Source: Candidatus Methanoperedens sp. (GTDB lineage Archaea; Halobacteriota; Methanosarcinia; Methanosarcinales; Methanoperedenaceae). From it: a stretch of DNA of 32,000 bases. The notes under the pieces were generated by a model that saw only the letters and a program-made list of their open reading frames with translations, was not told the DNA's origin and did no database searches. The DNA is taken from the NCBI GenBank assembly GCA_041494705.1, contig JBGQBI010000001.1, positions 180,001 to 212,000 of the forward strand, in the 5' to 3' direction. The position numbers and the translations under genes were made by a program. Positions 1 through 8,062 of the stretch are shown piece after piece. Position 1 is the first letter of the stretch. Each line of letters starts with the position of its first letter.

Positions 1-264
1 AACGAGAGAAACCATGTAGTGATAAATACTGATTCCAGTGTTCTTGAATTAACACAGATAGCAGGCATCCTGACGCGGCGCATCGTCTCGTACATCAGCG
101 TGGGAAGTCATGTTAAAAGGGGAGAGCGCATCGGGATGATACGTTTTGGCTCGCGTGTGGATGTAATAATTCCCGAAGGATATGTGTTTATCATCAAAGT
201 GAACGACAAAGTCAAAGCCGGATGCACGATAATCGCCAGGAAAAAAGAGAAAATAACGGGGTAA
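1..264 (+). CDS. psd: Archaeal-type phosphatidylserine decarboxylase proenzyme, C-terminal part (5' end outside the window)
   Basis: Frame 1 is open from nt 1 with no stop before 262-264. 'GERIGMIRFGSRVDVIIPEG' resembles the psd region containing the G-S self-cleavage site. It lies directly upstream of a phosphatidylserine synthase gene. Confidence 0.7.
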   Translation, partial: NERNHVVINTDSSVLELTQIAGILTRRIVSYISVGSHVKRGERIGMIRFGSRVDVIIPEGYVFIIKVNDKVKAGCTIIARKKEKITG

Positions 265-277
265 TAAGGAGATAAGA

Positions 278-961
278 ATGGGACAGAATATCCTGAAACT
301 TATAAAACCTGCTGATGTCATTACGCTTGTTAATGCGCTCCTCGGGTTTGCCTCGATAATAATGACGGTCAGGGGACAGTTCGATAGCGCGCTTGTGCTG
401 GTTCTCGTTGCAGTAATAGCAGACGGGGCAGACGGCGCAGTGGCGCGTTACTCAGGATTCGGGGTTCTTGGCGCAAATCTTGACTCGCTTGCTGATGTGA
501 TAGCTTTTGGTGTGGCGCCTGCGCTTTTAGCATTCGTTTTTCTTGCCAATACAGGATATATGGCATGGATTTTTTCAGGACTATTCCTTGCCTGCGGCAT
601 ACTGCGCCTTGCCAGGTTCAATGTCGCCGGGAAAAAGGACGGTTTTGAAGGGATTCCCATAACGGCGGGAGGGTTTGTTGTGGCTCTTTTCCTTCTCATC
701 AGGGATTATGTAGGTTATTTTGATTATGTTTTTATTCTTCTGCTTGTGAGCTTATCTTTGCTTATGATAAGCAACATAGATTATCCCAAATTGAAAAAAC
801 CCGTTATCCTTGCGCCAATGTCGATAGTGCTTGTTTTTGATATTGCGGTTTTTTATCTGGGTTATCCGGGTTTGGTAAAAGAAACGTCATTGCTCCTGTT
901 TATTATGATTTTTGCCTACATCCTGAGCCCGCTAGGAAGGAGATTCTATGTCAGAAATTAA
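278..961 (+). CDS. pssA: CDP-alcohol phosphatidyltransferase (archaetidylserine / phosphatidylserine synthase)
   Basis: Carries the CDP-alcohol phosphatidyltransferase motif 'DGAVARYSGFGVLGANLDSLAD' (DGxxAR...GxxxDxxxD). The protein is a polytopic hydrophobic one and is adjacent to psd. Confidence 0.85.
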   Translation: MGQNILKLIKPADVITLVNALLGFASIIMTVRGQFDSALVLVLVAVIADGADGAVARYSGFGVLGANLDSLADVIAFGVAPALLAFVFLANTGYMAWIFSGLFLACGILRLARFNVAGKKDGFEGIPITAGGFVVALFLLIRDYVGYFDYVFILLLVSLSLLMISNIDYPKLKKPVILAPMSIVLVFDIAVFYLGYPGLVKETSLLLFIMIFAYILSPLGRRFYVRN

Positions 962-1304
962 TGAACGCGATATAGCTGTGTTTGAAGCCGGTATCAAGCT
1001 CGGCGCGCTGTACCACCAGTTCATTGGAACGCCAATAAATGTCGATACCGTTGATGGTCTTGAAAGAATAATAGAGGATAGCATCGGAGTCCAGCCTCAT
1101 GTTAGAAGCGTGAGTGTTTCCATTGACCGCGAGATGGTCGGGAAAAAGCAGAATCCAAAATTTGGGTACTGTGAACTGGAAGGGCGGATGCTGCATGTGA
1201 GTTTGCAGGTATTGTATAAAAATATCATAGCCACGGTGGAACTGGCGTATGATGAGGGACTGGATTACCCGATGATGAGTGTTAAGAAGATTGAGAAAAT
1301 GTAA
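948..1304 (+). CDS. mptD: Probable archaeal dihydroneopterin aldolase (MptD-like, methanopterin branch)
   Basis: N-terminal 'FEAGIKLGALYHQFIGTP' matches my recollection of the archaeal COG2098/MptD family. The size (118 aa) is about right, and it overlaps pssA by 14 nt. The family call is from memory only. Confidence 0.5.
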   Translation: MSEINERDIAVFEAGIKLGALYHQFIGTPINVDTVDGLERIIEDSIGVQPHVRSVSVSIDREMVGKKQNPKFGYCELEGRMLHVSLQVLYKNIIATVELAYDEGLDYPMMSVKKIEKM

Positions 1305-1313
1305 GGTATAATT

Positions 1314-2141
1314 ATGGGAGAAAAACCAAAGGTTTTTCAGAAAAACAAAAAGATAAAACCCACAGAATTATTTGTCAGTGCCTCACCGAATGCCGTTGAT
1401 AAAGCTATGAAAGCCTCCAGTGACATTGATGAGGCAAAGCTGGGCAAAAATCGAGAAGATGAAAGTATGAAAAGCTTTGAAAAGATGAAAGGAATAGCGG
1501 AAATTATTGTTGGATTGGCGTCATTGTTTGCAATATTACAGTATGTATATTTATTTGCGAATCCACCAATAGCATTATCTATATCTCTTTCTGGAGAGCT
1601 TGGTGTTGATGGCAACAGTTCTGTGATAACGCCAGTCATAAAGTTGGAAAACTTAGGTAAGGAAGTGCCGATAAGATATAGCGTAGGGATTGCAAAAATT
1701 ACGAATCTTTCTGCGTTTGATTCATATTATTCAGAATCACCCACTTTAACAATAAATGCAGCCGAAATCAATACGTGTGGATTTACAAAGTGGTACAATA
1801 AGGGAGCTCTTATTTTTCCAGGTAGTGTTTCTGAGTATAATCTACATAGTGTTTGTTTGAGGGCTTTTCCAAATTTTGCACGTTATGAGATAACTTCAAA
1901 TATTGACATTACGTACAACAATGCAGATTATGATTATGTGATGAGGAGTTGTGATTACTCTGCTACTTATGTAATCAATACTGGAAATGGAAAGGGTTAT
2001 CCTGTAAATGAAAAAAATATTTGTTCTGTAAATATAGAAAATGTTATATTGAATGAGTTGAATGTTATCATAGTTTTGATTATCGTAGCCATTGCCATTA
2101 TTGCCATTATATCATATAGTAAATCGAGGAAAGAAAAATGA
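1314..2141 (+). CDS. Hypothetical membrane-anchored protein (two predicted TM segments flanking a ~170-aa domain)
   Basis: A 275-aa ORF with a Lys-rich N-terminus. Hydrophobic stretches are 'IAEIIVGLASLFAILQYVYLF' and, at the C-terminus, 'LNVIIVLIIVAIAIIAIISY' followed by 'SKSRKEK'. The gene is visibly AT-rich. I recognise no family. Confidence 0.5.
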   Translation: MGEKPKVFQKNKKIKPTELFVSASPNAVDKAMKASSDIDEAKLGKNREDESMKSFEKMKGIAEIIVGLASLFAILQYVYLFANPPIALSISLSGELGVDGNSSVITPVIKLENLGKEVPIRYSVGIAKITNLSAFDSYYSESPTLTINAAEINTCGFTKWYNKGALIFPGSVSEYNLHSVCLRAFPNFARYEITSNIDITYNNADYDYVMRSCDYSATYVINTGNGKGYPVNEKNICSVNIENVILNELNVIIVLIIVAIAIIAIISYSKSRKEK

Positions 2142-2373
2142 AATGGCTGAAAAGATTGATGAAATAATGTTGGGTAATTGTTGCCGATTTCTTTGCTTTG
2201 TTTGGGATAAGTCCTGCTTTACCCTGAATCACGTTTATTCATCCTCTCATAAACATACGCCAGCACCACGCCCATCACAAGCACATCGATAAGCCCTCCG
2301 AACAACCCTGAGCAATTATAGGGGCAGGCGAGCAAAACATAAAAGTGTTCAAGAAACGATTAAGTCTCAATAC

Positions 2374-3096
2374 ATGCCCTCACTTACCTTTCGCATAGTC
2401 CTCGTTGAACCTATCTATAGCGGCAATGTCGGCTCCGTAGCCCGTGTAATGAAGAATTTCGGATTCAGCAAGCTTGTACTCCTGAATCCATGCGAGCTTG
2501 ATATGCCCGCCCGCGTGATGTCGGTACATGCCTATGAAATAATAGAGAATGCCAGGATTGAATTCTCGCTAAAAGATGCGCTTTCCGGCTCAAATACAGT
2601 TGTTGGCATGACAGGGCTTCATGGAAAAACCGATAACAAGCACTTCCGGATGCCTGCTTATAGTCCCGGGCAGTTAAAAGATAAACTATCGGGAAAGAGC
2701 GGGATAGTCTCGCTCGTCTTCGGCAGGGAAGACGCCGGTCTTAGTAATGAGGAGCTTGAAATATGCGATATCATTGTAAATATCCCCACAAGCCCCGAAT
2801 ATCCAAGTATGAATCTATCCCATGCCGTAGCCGTTGTGCTTTACGAATTAAGCGATATCGAGGGCGGAGAAAGGTATCTTGCAGACCATTCTGATGTCGA
2901 GCTTTTATATGAGCACATTGATGAAGTACTCGATGATATCGAATACAAGGAACATAAAGAAGACAAGACAAAGCTTATGCTACAGAGAATATTAGGACGG
3001 GCTGAACTAACAGGGCGAGAGGTTCAGACATTGCGAGGTGTGCTGCGCCGCATTCAGTGGAAATTAAGAACTGGTGAATATGCAAAACCCGATTAA
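2374..3096 (+). CDS. trmJ: SpoU/TrmH-class RNA 2'-O-methyltransferase, TrmJ-like
   Basis: N-terminal 'IVLVEPIYSGNVGSVARVMKNFGF' plus C-terminal 'IVNIPTSPEYPSMNLSHAVAVVLYEL' are typical of the SPOUT knot motifs of TrmJ/LasT-type enzymes. Confidence 0.7.
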   Translation: MPSLTFRIVLVEPIYSGNVGSVARVMKNFGFSKLVLLNPCELDMPARVMSVHAYEIIENARIEFSLKDALSGSNTVVGMTGLHGKTDNKHFRMPAYSPGQLKDKLSGKSGIVSLVFGREDAGLSNEELEICDIIVNIPTSPEYPSMNLSHAVAVVLYELSDIEGGERYLADHSDVELLYEHIDEVLDDIEYKEHKEDKTKLMLQRILGRAELTGREVQTLRGVLRRIQWKLRTGEYAKPD

Positions 3097-3184
3097 ATTC
3101 ATACTCGGCTGCTTTTTCGGTACAAAACCAAAAATTGCAGAAAGCCAGCCCATTTTTCCTTCCGAACTCAAGGGAGACCTCAAG

Positions 3185-4585
3185 ATGGCTGAGTTCATCC
3201 CGTTCTTCATTGTGGCATCCATTGAAGTGGGAAACACTACAACCAAATGCATCCTGACAGCAACGAACATGAAGGACGGGCGCACGCGGCTTTTGAATAA
3301 GACCGTGAAAATGACACGGGATGTGAGGAAACCCAAACCGAATGAGAGGATTTTCGGCACAACCTTGAGCGGCGTGTCGCTGACGAGGGAATCGATATCT
3401 GAACTTGTCCGCGATACACTCCTCGAATCGCATAACGCTGTAAATCTTGATATAACAACAGACCTTGATTTCGCAGTGAGGTCAACGGGCGTTGTGGCTG
3501 GATTTTCATCGCCGCATGAAGTCGGGGAATTCATAAAAGCGCTTGCCGACGGCTGTCTTATTGCAGGCATCCCGCCAAAAAAGATGGTGCCTGCCATGTC
3601 TATTGATAACATACCTGTAAAATTTAAAGACCATACACTTATTGATAAGATTGTATTTACAGGAGCAGTAGGCGGTGTTCTCCCGCCAGTTGGTTCGACA
3701 GGGGTGGAAATCGTGGCAAACGAAATGGAAGGGGAACTTTCAACAGCGGGTATCAAAGAGGGCGCGAAATGGGCAGGCGTGGATTTCAGGAACCCTGTTT
3801 TTTCAATGGACTTCGGAACTACGCTGAAAGGGCGGATTACCAATAGCGATATACCGTATGCCAGGACTATCGCAAACCTGTGCGGTTATGCAGGCGCGAT
3901 TCCTGACGCCGTTATAAAAGGCACCGGGCTTGTGGATAAAAGATACGGGGCAGCGCTTGATTTATTTCATGACACGAAAGAACGAAGTATATGGCTTACA
4001 AAAAGCAGCGCCATTGAAAAATACGCAAAGAACATTCATGCGCTGATAACTATTGAAGTCGTGCCGGTGGACAGGAACAGGTACGGAAGCGTGCCGGTTG
4101 ACCCGGCGGCAGCGAAGGAAATAGGCGTTACACTTATCGGATGCGATGTGGGCGTGAACGGAAGCCTTATGCCAGAACTGACGGATATTGGTTCGGAAAT
4201 ATATTCAAAGCACGGATTAAAAACAATGTTCGCCACTCTCGACCTTGTCTCGGCTATGATGGTTGAACGGCTCGTGAAAATTGGTATGGATAATAACCTC
4301 ATCTCAGACAAAACATCCATAGGATTAACAGGAAGAGCTGCAATCACTGGCTGCAAACCTCACCTTATCCTGAAAAGCGTAGAAAAACTCGGGATTTTCA
4401 AAGAACCCAAAGACCACGTGGTGTTCGTGGACGACGGGCTGGCGCGGGGCGCGGCTGTGATGGCGCGCTGTATGAACTCGATGGGTGTACCGAAAAACCC
4501 AATCGGGGGGATACGCGGCGGCGGGTGCGTCCTGAACCAGCGCATCGAATATTATAAGAAATCAAAGGAGAGGAATACGATATGA
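3185..4585 (+). CDS. Methanogenesis marker protein 14-like (function unknown)
   Basis: 'FFIVASIEVGNTTTKCIL' near the N-terminus and the ~465-aa length fit my memory of methanogenesis marker 14. I chose the ATG at 3185 (GGAG 9 nt upstream) over the ORF-track start at 3074, which overlaps trmJ. Confidence 0.65.
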   Translation: MAEFIPFFIVASIEVGNTTTKCILTATNMKDGRTRLLNKTVKMTRDVRKPKPNERIFGTTLSGVSLTRESISELVRDTLLESHNAVNLDITTDLDFAVRSTGVVAGFSSPHEVGEFIKALADGCLIAGIPPKKMVPAMSIDNIPVKFKDHTLIDKIVFTGAVGGVLPPVGSTGVEIVANEMEGELSTAGIKEGAKWAGVDFRNPVFSMDFGTTLKGRITNSDIPYARTIANLCGYAGAIPDAVIKGTGLVDKRYGAALDLFHDTKERSIWLTKSSAIEKYAKNIHALITIEVVPVDRNRYGSVPVDPAAAKEIGVTLIGCDVGVNGSLMPELTDIGSEIYSKHGLKTMFATLDLVSAMMVERLVKIGMDNNLISDKTSIGLTGRAAITGCKPHLILKSVEKLGIFKEPKDHVVFVDDGLARGAAVMARCMNSMGVPKNPIGGIRGGGCVLNQRIEYYKKSKERNTI

Positions 4586-5034
4586 AAGCGCTTCTATTGA
4601 TGGGATGCCCTGAACTGCCTGTGCAGACGGCGGTAGCATTGTATATCGCCAACAAATTGAACCTCGAAGGTTTTGAGGTGACTGCCGCCGGGAATAAAGC
4701 CGCAATAAGCCTGCTCCTGAATTCTGACCCTGAAAAACATTATATCAAAAAGGTGATGGACCTTGACAGGTGCATCGGCGCTCTTGCCGAGAAGAAAATG
4801 GACTTTGACCTGTGCTTCGTGTTCATACACAGCGACAGCGGGATTTCGTATCTCGCCACAGTAAAATCCCTCTCAAAAGCAAAAACCGTGGCAGTTATCT
4901 TCGGGAAGGAAATCGAACCGCTCATCGAGGCAAGCGGGGATTCGGTTATCATTGCAGCAAGGGCTGTGCATAACCCAACGCCGCTGCGGGCGCAAATCGA
5001 CGGGGTGAAGTCATGGGCTGCATTGACGAGATGA
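4582..5034 (+). CDS. Conserved methanogen-specific small protein (DUF1890-like, from memory)
   Basis: ATGA start/stop overlap with the marker-14 gene. 'LLLMGCPELPVQTAVALYIANKL' resembles the methanogen-restricted DUF1890 family. The family name is recollection only. Confidence 0.55.
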   Translation: MKALLLMGCPELPVQTAVALYIANKLNLEGFEVTAAGNKAAISLLLNSDPEKHYIKKVMDLDRCIGALAEKKMDFDLCFVFIHSDSGISYLATVKSLSKAKTVAVIFGKEIEPLIEASGDSVIIAARAVHNPTPLRAQIDGVKSWAALTR

Positions 5035-5285
5035 ATTATGAGATTCTGCTGCCCAACAGTTCTTTTAAGGAGTGCGCCGAGTACATAAAGAAAAATTTCA
5101 AGGAGATATATTATGTCGAAGCGGGTTTTAAGATTTTTGATAATTATTTGGTAGGAGTGTCACCGATTCCGATAGCTGTGGATGGGGATTTTATCATCAT
5201 GCCGTATGTGAAGCCCTGCCACGGATGTTTTGTTCTCCGGATTCCGGGGAAGGAGGAAGTGGAGAGGATGAGGAAGGGGAAGTGA
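5031..5285 (+). CDS. Conserved methanogen-specific small protein (DUF1894-like, from memory)
   Basis: The ATG at 5031 forms a second ATGA overlap with the preceding stop (5032-5034). The ORF-track start at 5013 is the alternative. It is a small protein ending in a basic tail. Confidence 0.5.
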   Translation: MNYEILLPNSSFKECAEYIKKNFKEIYYVEAGFKIFDNYLVGVSPIPIAVDGDFIIMPYVKPCHGCFVLRIPGKEEVERMRKGK

Positions 5286-5390
5286 ATGGCGCAATTCAAG
5301 CAAATCATCCTCAAGCTTTTGCGCCGATGCCCTACTGAACCGATAGAATAAATTAATATACCATCAGTATCCAATTAATACTGATACTAA

Positions 5391-5630
5391 TTGATCGATT
5401 TTCATACAGCTCCAATAAAATACACGATACATGCTTCCAACCGATTAAAAGAACGTTTCCAGATGAAAACCGATGAAGTACGGCATTACCTGAAAATAGG
5501 TAAACAGATAAAAAAATGCAACAAAGATGGCGAGATCGGAATAATCCAGAGTGAAATTGGAGACGCAAGGATACGCTTCGTTTACACCGTTAGAAGCGGG
5601 ACGATTTATATATTGACAATAGAGGAATAA
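5391..5630 (+). CDS. DUF4258-like putative toxin
   Basis: The 79-aa ORF has 'IHASNRLKERFQM' (an HAxxRxxER-type motif near the N-terminus) and ends in 'IYILTIEE', like DUF4258 toxins. Only a TTG start (5391) lies upstream of the motif. It ends 3 nt before the antitoxin-like gene. Confidence 0.5.
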   Translation: MIDFHTAPIKYTIHASNRLKERFQMKTDEVRHYLKIGKQIKKCNKDGEIGIIQSEIGDARIRFVYTVRSGTIYILTIEE

Positions 5631-5633
5631 AAT

Positions 5634-5924
5634 ATGACGAAATGCCCCCTGTGCGAAACAGAGATGAGAAAAGAACGTAAGGAGATAGAAAAAGGCGTAT
5701 GGGCTACTGTTGAGGTCTGCCCTCAGTGCAAAGATGAATGGATAGATGAAAAAGAACATGACATGCTTGTAGATCTTTTCAAGCGCAAAACCTTCAACCT
5801 CGGAGGCAGTATCGCGGTCAGAATACCCAAGGAAATAGCCGATGCCCTTTCCATACGGGAAGGAACCGAAGTGAACTTCTCCGTGCAGGATAAAAAGATA
5901 ATAATATCCAGGGCAACCGCATAA
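5634..5924 (+). CDS. Putative antitoxin: YgiT/MqsA-type zinc ribbon fused to an AbrB/SpoVT-type domain
   Basis: N-terminal 'CPLCETEM...(x18)...CPQCKDEW' forms a zinc ribbon. C-terminal 'LGGSIAVRIPKEIADALSIREGTEVNFSVQDKKIIISR' is a typical AbrB/MazE/SpoVT swapped-hairpin sequence. Confidence 0.65.
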   Translation: MTKCPLCETEMRKERKEIEKGVWATVEVCPQCKDEWIDEKEHDMLVDLFKRKTFNLGGSIAVRIPKEIADALSIREGTEVNFSVQDKKIIISRATA

Positions 5925-6073
5925 GTTTACATTACCTCACCGCCATCAACATCTCCGCATCCAACTCCGTCGAGCATCTCCTTCCCATGCGTATCATCTC
6001 ATTCAAACCCGCCAACGCCTCCTATTTCGTCAGCAGTTTCAAACTCTATGCAGTTAAGTGACCGTTACTTTTA

Positions 6074-6331
6074 TTAAAACCCCAATGAACTCCAATCGAA
6101 ACCAATGTATTTTAACACCAGATAGATAACCACAATCACAACTATAATTGTAATCAAATAATAAAAAACCATTCCTGGTAATAACTTTGATGGTTTATAC
6201 AGTTCATCGTCCGGAGATGGCGAAAACAGAGCTTCATGAATCATTTTCAATATTTTAATTATTCTATTTTCTTTTTTTTCCTCTGTCATATTCTTAATAT
6301 AACTATCCATTAATCGCACACGTTGGCACAA
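6074..6331 (-). CDS. Hypothetical small membrane protein
   Basis: The 85-aa ORF has one strong TM segment, 'MVFYYLITIIVVIVVIYLVLKYI'. It is AT-rich and on the same strand as the upstream zinc-ribbon ORF. No family recognised, and the start is uncertain. Confidence 0.35.
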   Translation of the reverse strand: MCQRVRLMDSYIKNMTEEKKENRIIKILKMIHEALFSPSPDDELYKPSKLLPGMVFYYLITIIVVIVVIYLVLKYIGFDWSSLGF

Positions 6332-6352
6332 ACAAAAGAAGAAAAACCAATT

Positions 6353-6640
6353 TTAAAATGGAAGCCAACCCGAGCCATCACATTTGGGATGATGCTTGCA
6401 GACCCACCTGCCACTTTTTGGATCCCACTTTATTTCTTTTTCCTTATAGGTTTCACCACAATGTTTACAACGTACATGCTTTTCTGATTGCAAATCCGGA
6501 TGAAAAGGAGGTATTGTTCCATCTTTACGCGATTTCATATCCTCAGCTTGCTTACTTCCAGGTATCATACCCAAAAGATAACTTTTCAACCTTAAAAACG
6601 TTAGTACATGCAAGCCAGATTTATATCCCCTGACCGCCAT
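6353..6640 (-). CDS. Hypothetical small zinc-ribbon protein (start probably internal)
   Basis: Contains 'CKHCGETY...(x13)...CKHHPKCDGSG'. The ATG at 6640 would leave only 11 nt to the divergent dinB start, so M25 (6568) or M35 (6538) are more plausible starts. Confidence 0.4.
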   Translation of the reverse strand: MAVRGYKSGLHVLTFLRLKSYLLGMIPGSKQAEDMKSRKDGTIPPFHPDLQSEKHVRCKHCGETYKEKEIKWDPKSGRWVCKHHPKCDGSGWLPF

Positions 6641-6651
6641 TGCTTATATTA

Positions 6652-7734
6652 ATGCCCAACCCAAGAATCATCCTCCACGTTGACATGGACTATTTCTTCG
6701 CCCAGTGTGAGGAGCGGGAACACCCCGAACTCAAAGGCAAACCTGTGGTTATCTGCGTATATTCCGGGCGCGGCGGGGACAGCGGCGCCGTGAGCACGAG
6801 CAACTACGGGGCGCGCAAATTCGGGATAAAAGCAGGAATACCCATTTCCCATGCAAAAAAACTAAAACCCGATGCTATATTCCTGCCCGTCAATATGGAG
6901 CTTTACCGCAGTATCTCGGATGAAGTAATGGAGATAGTGCGCGGACATTGCATTTCGCTTGAACAGGAAAGCGTGGATGAGGCATTTTGCGACATCACAG
7001 GCAAAGTTACTGATTTTGATGAAGCGAAATTAGTCGCCCTGCGAATAAAAGAGGAAATCAGGCAAAAAGTGGGACTGACCTGCTCGGTCGGGGCTGCGCC
7101 GAATAAACTCATTGCCAAGATAGCATCGGATTTTCGAAAACCCGATGGATTGACAGTCGTGAAACCCGGCGAAATCCTGCAATTCCTGACGCCCCTTAAA
7201 ATCACAGACCTTACAGGTGTTGGCAAAAAGACCGGGGAGAGATTGAACGAACTTGGAGTAAAGACCATCGGCGAGCTTTCAAAACTCTCCGCGGATGAAC
7301 TCGTCCGGGAATTCGGGCAGGCAAAAGGAGTATGGCTAAAACAGGCATCACAGGGCATAGATGATTCGCCTGTTGTTGAACGTGAAGGCACGGAACAAAT
7401 CGGGCGCATAACCACGCTTAAGGAAGATACCAGGGATTTGAACCTCATTTATGAAGTTATCAATGAACTTTCGGATGAGGTTTATAAGAAATTGGAATTA
7501 AGGAAACTCAGCTTCAAATCAGTCACTTTTGTGGCAATTTCCACAGATTTTAAAACCCACACCAAAACCCATACGCTGGGCGCGCCTGCAAAAGACCCGG
7601 ATACTATTAAAGCGACAGCGCGTGAGCTAGCGACAGCCTTCATGGCGGAATATCATCTCAGTCTTCGAAGGGTAGGGGTAAGAGTGGCCAATCTTGTCGA
7701 GGATAAGGGGCAGAGAACGCTTGGGGAATTTTAG
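6652..7734 (+). CDS. dinB: Y-family DNA polymerase IV (Dbh/Dpo4-type)
   Basis: 'ILHVDMDYFFAQCEEREHPELKGKPVVI', 'GIKAGIP', 'LEQESVDEAFCDIT' and 'CSVGAAPNKLIAKIASDFRKPDGLTV' are all hallmark Y-family motifs. I prefer the ATG at 6652 to the TTG at 6640. Confidence 0.92.
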   Translation: MPNPRIILHVDMDYFFAQCEEREHPELKGKPVVICVYSGRGGDSGAVSTSNYGARKFGIKAGIPISHAKKLKPDAIFLPVNMELYRSISDEVMEIVRGHCISLEQESVDEAFCDITGKVTDFDEAKLVALRIKEEIRQKVGLTCSVGAAPNKLIAKIASDFRKPDGLTVVKPGEILQFLTPLKITDLTGVGKKTGERLNELGVKTIGELSKLSADELVREFGQAKGVWLKQASQGIDDSPVVEREGTEQIGRITTLKEDTRDLNLIYEVINELSDEVYKKLELRKLSFKSVTFVAISTDFKTHTKTHTLGAPAKDPDTIKATARELATAFMAEYHLSLRRVGVRVANLVEDKGQRTLGEF

Positions 7735-7799
7735 GTTAATCTCTAACTCCGCCTAAGCCAGATAAAGATTTAATATAATAATCAATCATAGAGATTCTC

Positions 7800-8018
7800 A
7801 TGGAATACCTGAATCTTCAGGGCAAGGTCTGCCCCTTTGTATTATTCTATACGAAGAAAAAACTGGAAACGGTACCATCCGGTGAAAAACTGGAAGTTAT
7901 AATCGATGATCCTACAGGAAAAGAGACTATTTCAGGCTGGTGCAAGACCCATCATCACGAGGTTCTGGAAATAACCGAGTCGGAAGGCCGCATCAAAGTC
8001 ATCATCAAAAAACATTAA
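7800..8018 (+). CDS. TusA/SirA-like sulfur-carrier family protein
   Basis: A 72-aa protein with 'LQGKVCPFVLFYTKKKLE'. This matches the CPxP-type active-site context, except that the second Pro is Val here. 'GEKLEVIIDDP' also fits the family. Confidence 0.65.
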   Translation: MEYLNLQGKVCPFVLFYTKKKLETVPSGEKLEVIIDDPTGKETISGWCKTHHHEVLEITESEGRIKVIIKKH

Positions 8019-8062
8019 TAAACTTTAAGTAGAAAACGTTCGTAATATTTCTAACGATAGTT

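Noticed and set aside
2092-2292. A 66-aa plus-strand ORF in the 1314-2141 / trmJ spacer, and a possible ~37-aa minus-strand hydrophobic peptide at about 2215-2330.
   Set aside because: Neither has a convincing start or RBS, neither shows family similarity, and the sequence is low in complexity. The evidence is too weak to call.
3064-3843. A 259-aa minus-strand ORF, plus 2975-3433 and 3237-3509.
   Set aside because: They are antisense shadows of the marker-14 and trmJ genes. Their composition is Ser/Pro/Thr-rich and low in complexity, and they carry no motifs. The sense-strand genes have clear family signatures.
6903-7448. A 181-aa minus-strand ORF.
   Set aside because: It is antisense to the strongly supported dinB gene. 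It is Ser-rich and has no recognisable motif.
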